Virus record (IMG/VR): IMGVR_UViG_3300042445_001485
Reading direction: 5' to 3' (one strand)
DNA length: 64,000 nt
Source: a virus
Lineage: Duplodnaviria; Caudoviricetes
Position 1 is the first letter of the stretch; every line of letters starts with the position of its first letter. Position numbers and translations under genes: made by a program. A model generated the notes under the pieces. The model saw only the letters and a list, made by a program, of their open reading frames with translations, did not search any database and was not told the DNA's origin. This document shows positions 39,732 to 47,940 of the stretch, piece after piece.

Positions 39732-40007
39732 TCACATGCTCCAAAAAGTTTCACTAGCAGGCGAGCAACAATTTGGGGTGTTGACATCTTCTTCAAATGT
39801 TTTGCCCGACATCAAATTTGTGCGGGTGACCATCTTGGGCTTGTAGTGTTTGGTGTCAATGATGTTGAGTTGATCAACTGTATAACCTGCCTTGTTGCAC
39901 AAGCGGGTTCTTGTTGCACGAGCTGACCCAAAAGTTTTGTAGGCTCTAGTACGATTTGGACCGTCTGTAACAATAAGTCCGGTACCTCTAGCGACAATAT
40001 AAAACAT
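39732..40007 (-). CDS. early hypothetical protein
   Basis: ATG after AAGGAG. Confidence 0.65.
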   Translation of the reverse strand: MFYIVARGTGLIVTDGPNRTRAYKTFGSARATRTRLCNKAGYTVDQLNIIDTKHYKPKMVTRTNLMSGKTFEEDVNTPNCCSPASETFWSM

Positions 40008-40026
40008 CTCAACTCCTTTTTAGCTT

Positions 40027-40065
40027 CAATACATGTATTGTATAATAGATGCCATTCGGAGTCAA
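40027..40065 (-). promoter_or_regulatory. early promoter with palindromic operator-like site
   Basis: TTGACT-N17-TACAAT; perfect palindrome CAATACATGTATTG at 40027-40040. Confidence 0.75.
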
Positions 40066-40099
40066 ATTTTGGGCAAATTGGGTGTTGTAAATGAGCCAC

Positions 40100-40130
40100 A
40101 AAAAAGCCCCGCAAATCTTGCAGGGCTTTT
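40100..40130. terminator. intrinsic terminator downstream of the porin
   Basis: AAAAGCCC..GCAA/TTGC..GGGCTTTT. Confidence 0.7.
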
Positions 40131-40166
40131 GTAGTACTTTAGTATTACTTTTTGATCAGTAATACT
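40130..40166. repeat. AGTA-N-TACT palindrome cluster
   Basis: TGTAGTACT (40130), AGTATTACT (40141), AGTAATACT (40158). Confidence 0.6.
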
Positions 40167-40172
40167 TTGGTA

Positions 40173-41270
40173 TTAGAACGTGTGACGCAAGCCAACTGCG
40201 GTGCGCTTTGTTACACCAGCGGTGGCTGTGGCACCTGCGGTGTTGGTGTCAGCATCACGAGTGTCAAAACGTGCATACAAGTTGGTTCTCTTGCTGAGTT
40301 CATGATCCACACCGTAACCAAGAATTTTCTTGTCTACATTGGCTGTGCTCTTTTCATTGCTGGAACCAGTTGACCACATGACGCTGGTAGCACCAACGGT
40401 GTACTTGGCACCAAACATTTGTCCAGTCTGGTCGATAGCGGTGGCTGTGTTTTGTTTTTCTGTCCAACGACCACCATACACAGTTGCGGCACCAATCTTG
40501 TAGTTGGCAGACAACATGCTGAGAGTGTTGTTGGTACCATCAGTCAAGGCCTGTGAACCAGTGGCAATGAATGATGCAGTGGTAGTGGCCAAAGTGCCTG
40601 ACTGCTCAATGCGTTGAGCGGCATACTGCACACTCACGGGACCATTGGCATATTTTACACCATAGTCAACCACACTCTGAGCATTGACGCTGGCACTTGG
40701 TGGCACATACAAATAAGAACCACTTACACCTGCCACTGCTGGAGACTCATAACGAATGGCTCCATTGAAGCGAGTAGGTGCAGATTGTGCTGTGTGAGTT
40801 GCTGTGGCACTGTAACGAGTAAAGATGTTACCGTTTGATCCATAACCTGAACCAATGGCTGTACCAAACACAGATCCGTTGCCCCAGGCATCTAGGATGT
40901 TGGAATTCACACGACCAAGTTTCACAGTGCCCCAATTGGCTTCTGTGCCTATAAAGGCTTCTTGACCCACACCCACAGTGCCTGCTGTGGTTGAGTTGTA
41001 TGTGGTGCCTTCAACTCCGGCACCATTGATGAAATCAGGTGTTAGTTGTAGTTTGAAATTGGCACGGAGTCCGCCGCCTAGATCATCTGTACCGGCAATG
41101 TTCAGCACCGTAGTGGCTGAATTATTGGCTGCAAGACCTTTGGTGTTGACACCAGTGGCTGCATTGGTAAACAACAGGCCGGTATCAACCAGGCCAGTGA
41201 TATTGACAGCACTTTGAGCAAACACAGAGGTGGCCGCAAGTGCAATCATGATTGCGAAGATTTTCTTCAT
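40173..41270 (-). CDS. Gram-negative general porin (Burkholderiales/Neisseria type)
   Basis: Signal peptide; V-x-I-x-G-x-VD, G-x-EDLGGGL-x-A-x-F-x-L, HELSKRT-x-LY, C-terminal GLRHTF. Confidence 0.9.
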   Translation of the reverse strand: MKKIFAIMIALAATSVFAQSAVNITGLVDTGLLFTNAATGVNTKGLAANNSATTVLNIAGTDDLGGGLRANFKLQLTPDFINGAGVEGTTYNSTTAGTVGVGQEAFIGTEANWGTVKLGRVNSNILDAWGNGSVFGTAIGSGYGSNGNIFTRYSATATHTAQSAPTRFNGAIRYESPAVAGVSGSYLYVPPSASVNAQSVVDYGVKYANGPVSVQYAAQRIEQSGTLATTTASFIATGSQALTDGTNNTLSMLSANYKIGAATVYGGRWTEKQNTATAIDQTGQMFGAKYTVGATSVMWSTGSSNEKSTANVDKKILGYGVDHELSKRTNLYARFDTRDADTNTAGATATAGVTKRTAVGLRHTF

Positions 41271-41376
41271 TGAGTTTTCCTTTTTAATAAAAATCATGGT
41301 CTTTCGATCCATGTGTTATTATATAGCCTTCTGAACTGAAGAGCAATATATTCTGTTAATTTTGGCTAAATTTCTG

Positions 41377-41916
41377 CTATTTGCCAAAAATCTTCTTTAG
41401 TCTACCAAAAGTCACATTGTCTTTTTTAACCGGATCGGTAATAACCATGCTGTAACACCAGCGTTCTTCACCGGGGTTTACTATATTGTGTGGTATTCCC
41501 ACTTGTACCAAACTGGGGTTCTTAATTGTTGCTGTATGCAGTAGTTGAACTTCGGTTGGATCAAATATGGTATACTTGCTACCCACTGGTGTTTCTAACA
41601 TAGCCTTTGGCAAACTGTTTGTAATTCTATACCAATGCATGGTAGACCCTTTGCCACCGAACACCCAGTTAATTTTACCCCTATCACCGGGTCCGTTGTC
41701 AATATGAATACCTAGCGTGTACGGAGTCTCAGGCGGGCCATAAAATAGCTCTAGTCGTTCAAACAATAACCCGTGCCCTTTTAACAGTTTAATCCAGGCC
41801 GGATTAACTGCATTAGAATCTGCATCTATATGACAGCGTTGACTATAATGGGGGTGTTCATAGTCTGGAACAAACAGTGGAGGTTGTAAGCCTAGCGGTA
41901 TACAAAATAAACTCAT
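41377..41916 (-). CDS. 2OG-Fe(II) oxygenase-like DSBH protein
   Basis: IHID...KINWV...PHNIVN...RWCYS; TAAATA-N4-ATG. Confidence 0.55.
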   Translation of the reverse strand: MSLFCIPLGLQPPLFVPDYEHPHYSQRCHIDADSNAVNPAWIKLLKGHGLLFERLELFYGPPETPYTLGIHIDNGPGDRGKINWVFGGKGSTMHWYRITNSLPKAMLETPVGSKYTIFDPTEVQLLHTATIKNPSLVQVGIPHNIVNPGEERWCYSMVITDPVKKDNVTFGRLKKIFGK

Positions 41917-41960
41917 AAAGTATTTATTGCTGGTCGTGCCTGGCAATATTATTAAAATAC

Positions 41961-42108
41961 TTACTTGCTTTTCTCTACTTGCTTTTCTTCCGTTTTCTCC
42001 ACTTTCTTTTCGATGGGTGGTGGGAAATGCGGTTCAATCACATAGTGTGTGGCACCCCACCAACCAAATGCTGAGATAAAACCGTATAAAAATATTTCAA
42101 TTACCATA
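41961..42108 (-). CDS. small membrane protein
   Basis: MVIEIFLYGFISAFGWWGA TM plus charged tail; start approximate. Confidence 0.45.
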
Positions 42109-42138
42109 GCCTGTATTATACAAGCAAGTAAATTTTTG

Positions 42139-42306
42139 TCAATGTTTTCGGGTAAGATTGCAAGCAGGATCTTTACAAGCTGTAATTCGTTTACGATCAC
42201 AGTCCGGGCAGTTTTTAATAACTCTGCCTAAGTTGACAGGCATAAATCTTACTATTTCATTTTTACCTGGTTTATCCCAACTGTCACATTTAGTAGCATG
42301 TATCAT
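42139..42306 (-). CDS. small Cys-rich protein
   Basis: AAGGAG SD; CPDC and C-x4-C. Confidence 0.5.
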   Translation of the reverse strand: MIHATKCDSWDKPGKNEIVRFMPVNLGRVIKNCPDCDRKRITACKDPACNLTRKH

Positions 42307-42373
42307 CGATGTCTCCTTGACATACATATACAACGCCTTAGCCTGCAAAAGGGTTTACACACTTGGTAATATG

Positions 42374-42916
42374 TTAATAATGCGAAGGATCCATTGGTCC
42401 AAGTTGATTTAGATAAGCCAGCATATCCTCATAAGTTTGGTCGTACACGGTGATTGCCAGTGTGTATCTATTTGTGGTTCCCAAAGTCAACACTGAATGT
42501 TCTACCTGTGTATTAAACAATATTGGTTGATATCTTATGTACTCAACCGGCTTGACCATAAACATGGACGAATTCTGTTCGCCCACCTTGAATAAAGTGG
42601 TGGCATCAGGGCTATCACTTAGTAGTACATTTATTCCGCATAATCTTGTTCCGCGGGAATTAATTAAATCTTTGTGAAATTTGTAATATGTTCCTGGACT
42701 AAATCTCATATAGTCAAATGCCACATTCTTAAATTCACGCATTAATTTTTTCCCAAAGAGACTGCGTTCAAATCGCATACAGCGAGCTGTGGTTATTTTT
42801 GTTGGCATCTTGTGTTGGGTTGGATTACGGTAAGCCGCTTGTAATGCGTCATAGTAGTAAGAGATTGGTATCGGGGGTAAACCAGTTGATTGATAACAGT
42901 CGTTGATATTGATCAT
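42374..42916 (-). CDS. 2OG-Fe(II) oxygenase-like DSBH protein
   Basis: YKFHKD...GINVLL...EHSVL...RYTLA; TAAATA-N4-ATG. Confidence 0.55.
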   Translation of the reverse strand: MININDCYQSTGLPPIPISYYYDALQAAYRNPTQHKMPTKITTARCMRFERSLFGKKLMREFKNVAFDYMRFSPGTYYKFHKDLINSRGTRLCGINVLLSDSPDATTLFKVGEQNSSMFMVKPVEYIRYQPILFNTQVEHSVLTLGTTNRYTLAITVYDQTYEDMLAYLNQLGPMDPSHY

Positions 42917-42929
42917 ACAGTATTTAACT

Positions 42930-43115
42930 TAAGAGAAACCCGCCGAAGCGGGTTTCCTGAGTTTCTGTTACGAGGTATGTCTTACCCTAGGCTACTTTAC
43001 GCGGCCAATGCGAACTGTGAGTCGTTAGCGTTTACTTTTTTTGCTTGATTAACGGTCATCGCCTACCGAGCGCCATTACTTGTACTCTTGACCCAATCGA
43101 TCCTGTGTCAGGCCC
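42930..43115 (-). ncRNA. ssrA: two-piece tmRNA, coding piece
   Basis: 5' GGGCCTGACACAGGATCGA; tag ORF 43029-42997 = ANDSQFALAA*; 3' end approximate. Confidence 0.93.
42935..42956 (-). terminator. hairpin at the 3' end of the tmRNA coding piece
   Basis: GAAACCCGC-TTCG-GCGGGTTTC then TCTT. Confidence 0.75.
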
Positions 43116-43116
43116 A

Positions 43117-43329
43117 TCATAAGAAAACTTCTTCACCGTGTTCATCGCATAAACTAATATAGTGTTTGTTAGGACCAACAAACTTATACATCAAGTGACC
43201 TTGCTCTTTGTCCCGCTTGGTAAGAACCAAGTAATGCACTTGACCAAATTGGTTGGGCACTTCTTGAAACTTCTCGCCGTGGAATACAGGCAATATCTCT
43301 CCGTCACTTGTTTTTACACAAATCTTCAC
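43117..43329 (-). CDS. 70-aa ORF inside the tmRNA intervening segment
   Basis: AAGGAAG SD right after the CCA, GTG start, TGA one nt before the tmRNA 5' G; fills the 225-nt spacer. Confidence 0.65.
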   Translation of the reverse strand: MKICVKTSDGEILPVFHGEKFQEVPNQFGQVHYLVLTKRDKEQGHLMYKFVGPNKHYISLCDEHGEEVFL

Positions 43330-43340
43330 AAACTTCCTTA

Positions 43341-43405
43341 TGGTGGACCTGGGCGGCACTGCCCCGCCGTCTTGAATCCTTTTCTCAGTAACAGTTTACG
43401 CTGTT
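43341..43405 (-). ncRNA. ssrA: two-piece tmRNA, acceptor piece
   Basis: T-arm GGCGG-GGCAGTG-CCGCC, then CAGGTCC-ACCA pairing with GGGCCTG (G3.U70); 5' end inferred from the promoter. Confidence 0.93.
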
Positions 43406-43411
43406 CTTGTT

Positions 43412-43440
43412 ATTATATATTTATTTTGATTGCGTGTCAA
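43412..43440 (-). promoter_or_regulatory. sigma70 promoter of ssrA with embedded late motif
   Basis: TTGACA-N17-TATAAT; spacer contains ATAAATA. Confidence 0.88.
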
Positions 43441-43589
43441 CCTATTTGGTACTTGGGTTACATCTGGCTACTATTTTTTTGTTTTGAGCCCGGTATTCTT
43501 CTTGCTTTTGGGACCTGGCCTGCTCTATTTCCGTCACTCATTCTTCAACTCCAATGGACGCCAGACTGGATCGTAGGGTAAAGTCACTG

Positions 43590-43838
43590 TCATGAACTCC
43601 ACCTCAACGCAAACCATGTGGCCAACTTGGGATCTTTGACTGTGATGGTGGGCACATATTTTGGTGCCAGGTTAAACCCTTCAAACGCTTCATGTCCTTG
43701 TGGATACACACGCTCACGCCGGTAGAACCAAGCATACTCGTCACTGTCTTTGATATCAGTCATATTGCCTCGGCCCACATGCTGGTACAGCCATTCAACG
43801 CAACCTTCAGGCACACCTTGATTGAACTCTACTCTCAT
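43590..43838 (-). CDS. small protein, F-x-L-R-W family paralog 7
   Basis: EWLYQHVG...KDPKLATWFALRWSS. Confidence 0.65.
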   Translation of the reverse strand: MRVEFNQGVPEGCVEWLYQHVGRGNMTDIKDSDEYAWFYRRERVYPQGHEAFEGFNLAPKYVPTITVKDPKLATWFALRWSS

Positions 43839-44113
43839 TCAACTCCGAAATGTTGCTCAATATATGCCGCGGCTTTTAGTTGCCCGTTATACAATTCATC
43901 GTTCATACCACGATTATAGCATTGATCCAAACATTCCCGCACAATCAGTTCGGCGAACTTTGACTCATATGCCTCCGACCAAAAACTCTCACCCTTGAAG
44001 TTATAGTCGGCATACTTTTCAGCCTGTTCAGCAAGTTGTTTAATTCGTTCGTTCATTTCAGTTTCCAATTTGGGGAAGTCAACAGGATTGTTAGTGTTTG
44101 ATTTATGTGTCAT
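43835..44113 (-). CDS. hypothetical protein
   Basis: MNERIKQLAEQA...KFAELIVREC...HFGVE. Confidence 0.65.
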   Translation of the reverse strand: MTHKSNTNNPVDFPKLETEMNERIKQLAEQAEKYADYNFKGESFWSEAYESKFAELIVRECLDQCYNRGMNDELYNGQLKAAAYIEQHFGVE

Positions 44114-44223
44114 TCTTCAACTCTACATTGCGCGGTAATAAGACACACGGTGGCTTTATGGTTACGCAGGGTTAAGCACCCCCGGGTCTTGAATCCATTT
44201 TTATCTGCTTCATACAGCAATAA

Positions 44224-44502
44224 TCATTTGTCTCTAAAAAGGCTTTCAACCTTAGAGACAGCATCTGGTGTTGACCCTTCCGCCACACCTTGTTCTTTAT
44301 CCTTCTTTGCTTTCTCTATTGCGTCCCATTCGGCTCCGGTCTTTTCACCTCGTTTTTTCTTCACAGGAGGTTTAGATGAACGAACACCAGTGTGGCTGTT
44401 TTGGTAATCACCACTTGGTAGTTTAGTCCAGCCCTCTGCTACTTCTTCACTTTGGGCATTTTCAATAAGGTTGATATAATCGCGGAAAGATTTATTTGTC
44501 AT
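44224..44502 (-). CDS. late hypothetical protein, possible internal head protein
   Basis: TAAATA-N7-ATG; SFRDYINLIE, repeated VAEG. Confidence 0.6.
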   Translation of the reverse strand: MTNKSFRDYINLIENAQSEEVAEGWTKLPSGDYQNSHTGVRSSKPPVKKKRGEKTGAEWDAIEKAKKDKEQGVAEGSTPDAVSKVESLFRDK

Positions 44503-44512
44503 AGTATAGTAT

Positions 44513-44659
44513 TTATCCTTCACGCTTCCAAAATCTAAAAGATTCTGTGAGTTTGTTGCGGATGTATTCTTCTGTTTCAGTATCGCAAGATGCTAACTCA
44601 CTATCCACTAAATCGTGAATTTTTGTCCATAATTCATTATATAGGTCTTGCGAATCCAT
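44513..44659 (-). CDS. small acidic protein (48 aa, not in the ORF track)
   Basis: Translated by hand: MDSQDLYNELW...; AGGA upstream. Confidence 0.55.
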   Translation of the reverse strand: MDSQDLYNELWTKIHDLVDSELASCDTETEEYIRNKLTESFRFWKREG

Positions 44660-44741
44660 AATATCCTAACACGGTAGTCCTACCCTTGCGTCCAGGACCT
44701 GTTTCTCTTTGCTTCATATAGCAATAACTTACATTGTATAT

Positions 44742-45203
44742 TTATTTTCGACCAATGTCAACCGGTATACTCAATGCTTTTAATCGTTGCAATACCGCAG
44801 GCTTGATTTCCTCAGGGTAATCAATGATGTTTACCAGTTTGATGTATTGATTAGTAAAAGGAATCGCTTGTGCAATTCGTTCTTCTTCTTCTCCGGTTGC
44901 TGGTCCACCTGTATAACCCGGTAAGTTACTTTGCCAAGCATGACTTTGGACATTGGCTAGTTTTCTCACGGCTCGGCCATCAACTGTGATCATTACAGAG
45001 TTGGCAAGATCATTGAAATGGTACCAGTCTGGATTTCTTGTTAAACTTACATTACCGTAGTCACTATAATCAAAATCAGGATCAACATTGTCAGCACCGC
45101 TAACATCCAGCTTGCCACTGCGAACCATACCATTTAACCCTTGTGTAGTAGTTTTGTGGTAAAGTAGATCGGTTGATTCTGTTAGAATTTCATTTATACG
45201 CAT
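44742..45203 (-). CDS. late protein with MRINEILTE N-terminus
   Basis: TAAATA-N4-ATG; LYH-x-T...VSLTRN...EEERI pattern faintly like ADP-ribosyltransferase-type folds. Confidence 0.6.
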   Translation of the reverse strand: MRINEILTESTDLLYHKTTTQGLNGMVRSGKLDVSGADNVDPDFDYSDYGNVSLTRNPDWYHFNDLANSVMITVDGRAVRKLANVQSHAWQSNLPGYTGGPATGEEEERIAQAIPFTNQYIKLVNIIDYPEEIKPAVLQRLKALSIPVDIGRK

Positions 45204-45224
45204 CTAGTATTTATTACACCAGAT

Positions 45225-45761
45225 TCAATCATAACTGTCAAGTTTCAAATCTTTCAAATGATCCAATGCTTCAGCATAGGCAACTTGGTACAAACTCACA
45301 CTTAAAATATATCTAGGTTGGTCGGTAGGATTTAATACTGCATGTGGATGTTGTGTGTTAAAAAGCGTAGCTCCTAAGAATGTGTAGTCACAAACTACTA
45401 TACCGTGATTCATTTTATTAAATGAATGATCTTTAAACATGGTAACTGCCCCAGGATTCTCGCTAACAACATAGTTGATACAGCATTGTCTTGTTCCGTA
45501 TTTTACACCACTTAGATCACAATGCCAATCATAAAAACTGTAGGGTTCATTTCTAAAAAAAGTAACAATTGTGGTTGAAAACTTTTTTGACAGGTCATTT
45601 ACAAAGTTGGTACCTTGAAACTTTATACAGGAAGCCAAGGTAATTTGATTGGGTTTCTTGTGTTCCTCTGGAAAAAAATACTTGGCTCGTTTTGCCAAGT
45701 CTGTATATTTCTCCGATAACTTTGGTAAATTTGGTAAGTGATGAAAATAATCATGTTCCAT
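45225..45761 (-). CDS. 2OG-Fe(II) oxygenase-like DSBH protein
   Basis: YDWHCD...CINYVV...PHAVLN...PRYILS. Confidence 0.55.
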   Translation of the reverse strand: MEHDYFHHLPNLPKLSEKYTDLAKRAKYFFPEEHKKPNQITLASCIKFQGTNFVNDLSKKFSTTIVTFFRNEPYSFYDWHCDLSGVKYGTRQCCINYVVSENPGAVTMFKDHSFNKMNHGIVVCDYTFLGATLFNTQHPHAVLNPTDQPRYILSVSLYQVAYAEALDHLKDLKLDSYD

Positions 45762-46275
45762 TGAGCTGTCCTTGATAATGTTTAATCAACGAAAACGGAT
45801 CAGTGTTGTTTAATCCCACCGTTATAGCAGACCGTTCTGTCTTGATTCCTTTGACTGAATGTAGCACACGAGTATTCAGTATATGCCACCTACTGGGCTC
45901 AATGCATACACTTTCAAGTATATTTAATTTGGCATATTCTGGAATTTTGACCCTGGGCTCTCTCGAAACAGGTTGTCCGGGCTGTTGCCAAAGTGTAGTG
46001 GTCACGGTTGGTCCACCAGTGTTGATTATATAGTTTATTGCCCATAATCTTTTATCACAGTGAGCATTAACATCTTCCGAAATAACCTGATACCCTGCGA
46101 GATCGACATCACTACTGATATTTTCAGCAAGCCAAGATTTTAATTCAGGATGTACGGCCCATCGTGCATAGCCGGCATCTTGGAATCCAATTTGAGTCGG
46201 GTCTGGTATGTAAGGATTCTTCAATAATTCTTCAGGAATCCTGGGCAGTTGATCTAGATATTGGAATAGAATCAT
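45751..46275 (-). CDS. 2OG-Fe(II) oxygenase-like DSBH protein
   Basis: NAHCD...AINYII...LHSVKG...RSAIT. Confidence 0.55.
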   Translation of the reverse strand: MILFQYLDQLPRIPEELLKNPYIPDPTQIGFQDAGYARWAVHPELKSWLAENISSDVDLAGYQVISEDVNAHCDKRLWAINYIINTGGPTVTTTLWQQPGQPVSREPRVKIPEYAKLNILESVCIEPSRWHILNTRVLHSVKGIKTERSAITVGLNNTDPFSLIKHYQGQLNGT

Positions 46276-46814
46276 AATATTAGTATATCTTCTAGATTTT
46301 GTTTTTCAAATCCAATTGTACAAGTAATTCTCGGTTCTAAACATTTAGGATTAATAACCACGCCGTGACAAATTTTAGTATTGAATACCATTGGTCGTAA
46401 TAATTCAATTGACTCAATTTCTTTTAGTGGAAACTTTCTCTCTGGTTCTAGATATGATTCTCGCCCCTGGTGTCTTTGAATTTTGTTGCCGTTTGTATCA
46501 TAAAATTTTGTATAACTGCCTGCACAATTAATCACCGGCCACAGCACTCGGTGTATGTGCTTACCAGTATCGAGATGGACAGGACCGTTTACCAAAGGCT
46601 CCCACCGCAAAATTGTTATCATGTTTATTTTTGATTTTATAACCTTGGCAAGCTCTTCTTCCAATTCAGGCACAAAATCTAATACCGATTCGGCATTTGC
46701 AGTAGTCCAACCCCATCTGTTAAATAACTCACTGTTTTCTGTGACATATTGATAAAGTTTATCAGAAATTAGTTGTTGTTGATCTACATCTAGAAATTTA
46801 TAAATTCGACGCAT
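46272..46814 (-). CDS. 2OG-Fe(II) oxygenase-like DSBH protein
   Basis: PVHLD...RVLWPV...CHGV...PRITCT; TATAAATA-N4-ATG. Confidence 0.55.
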   Translation of the reverse strand: MRRIYKFLDVDQQQLISDKLYQYVTENSELFNRWGWTTANAESVLDFVPELEEELAKVIKSKINMITILRWEPLVNGPVHLDTGKHIHRVLWPVINCAGSYTKFYDTNGNKIQRHQGRESYLEPERKFPLKEIESIELLRPMVFNTKICHGVVINPKCLEPRITCTIGFEKQNLEDILIL

Positions 46815-46832
46815 TAGGTATTTATAAAAAGG

Positions 46833-46863
46833 AAAAAGGCACACTTGAAAAAGGTGCCTTTTT
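46833..46863. terminator. intrinsic terminator
   Basis: AAAAAGGCAC...GTGCCTTTTT. Confidence 0.7.
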
Positions 46864-46886
46864 AAAGAGGGACAAGCCCTCTGTGC

Positions 46887-47222
46887 TTACTCAGCAATCA
46901 CTTCTTTAGTGGACTTGGTAGCACGAGCTTTGATAGCTTCCATGCTGGGCTTTGCGGCCTTGCCCTTGGTAACTTTGACCACGCCATTGTACTTGGCATC
47001 AGCCATGTCGATGGCCTCACGGTATGCAGGGTTTGCATACAGGTCGTGGGTCTTAAGGAACGCAACCAGGGCTGGCTTGTCCATTGCAGTTGGCAATTCA
47101 AACAGCTGGATATCGCTGTCAGTTTTTGCCAAGATCTTGACACGAGTTGTATCAGTTGCAAAGCGAACCTTGTAACCACCTTTAGATTTACTAACACCAC
47201 CGACTTTGAAAAGTTTAGTCAT
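46887..47222 (-). CDS. basic hypothetical protein
   Basis: Strong SD (GGAG), own promoter, Lys/Ala-rich tail. Confidence 0.7.
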   Translation of the reverse strand: MTKLFKVGGVSKSKGGYKVRFATDTTRVKILAKTDSDIQLFELPTAMDKPALVAFLKTHDLYANPAYREAIDMADAKYNGVVKVTKGKAAKPSMEAIKARATKSTKEVIAE

Positions 47223-47335
47223 TTAAGACACTCCATTTAGTTAAGTTGAAAAACAATACAGACACACTCTGTATATTCGAATTATAGTTGAAAACGAATT
47301 TCGTGTCAACCACAATTTGAACTCTTTTACCCATT

Positions 47336-47464
47336 TTACTGAGCCAATTCTTTACTGTGCGTTTTGACCGCACCAATACCATTGTCCAACATTCGGGCCA
47401 CACCCGAAAAGCCCACAGTTGCAACAACAATACCTAACACAAATCCAATGATGAGATTACGCAT
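47336..47464 (-). CDS. small membrane protein (42 aa, not in the ORF track)
   Basis: Translated by hand: MRNLIIGFVLGIVVATVGFSGVARMLD...; AGGAG SD. Confidence 0.6.
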   Translation of the reverse strand: MRNLIIGFVLGIVVATVGFSGVARMLDNGIGAVKTHSKELAQ

Positions 47465-47933
47465 TTTCTGTCTCCTTTACAGAGGCCAGGGCCTCGTCCA
47501 AGCGAACCAGGCGACGAGCAAAGTTGCCGTACATGCTACCACAGTACCATACACTGTTTTCCATCACATAGTAGTACTCGCCGACACAGGCATCAACCTG
47601 CTCTAAGAATTCTTCAAATGTGTGCGATACTTTCCAGCCGACATCTTTTTCGCCGCGATCGCGACCGTAAAAGGTACACATATCCTGCGTGGTCTCTTCG
47701 TGCAAGCGTTGTTCAATTTGGCTAGCCAAGTCAAACTTGCTAAAGGCGTGCTTCTCGCCAATGTCCTTACGCAGGCTACTCATGTCACCCAGGGCCACCA
47801 ATTGATTGGCTTTGCCGGAGTCATAGTGCTCAGCCAAAATTTCTCCATTGTGTTCCAAATAACCATCCCAATGGCAATAAACTGATTTACAAACTGTACC
47901 GTGCATGACTGCAATACGACTTCTAGTTCCCAT
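47457..47933 (-). CDS. early hypothetical protein
   Basis: MGTRSRIA...YCHWDGY...LVALGDMSSL. Confidence 0.7.
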   Translation of the reverse strand: MGTRSRIAVMHGTVCKSVYCHWDGYLEHNGEILAEHYDSGKANQLVALGDMSSLRKDIGEKHAFSKFDLASQIEQRLHEETTQDMCTFYGRDRGEKDVGWKVSHTFEEFLEQVDACVGEYYYVMENSVWYCGSMYGNFARRLVRLDEALASVKETENA

Positions 47934-47940
47934 TTTGGAT

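Noticed and set aside
43341-43380. tRNA-like 3' half ending in CCA, considered as a tRNA gene
   Set aside because: No D-arm or anticodon arm upstream; its acceptor partner lies 225 nt downstream and is followed by a tag ORF, so it is the tmRNA acceptor piece.
43162-43581. 139-aa plus-strand ORF across the tmRNA acceptor piece
   Set aside because: Antisense to the tmRNA and its promoter, no SD, composition not protein-like.
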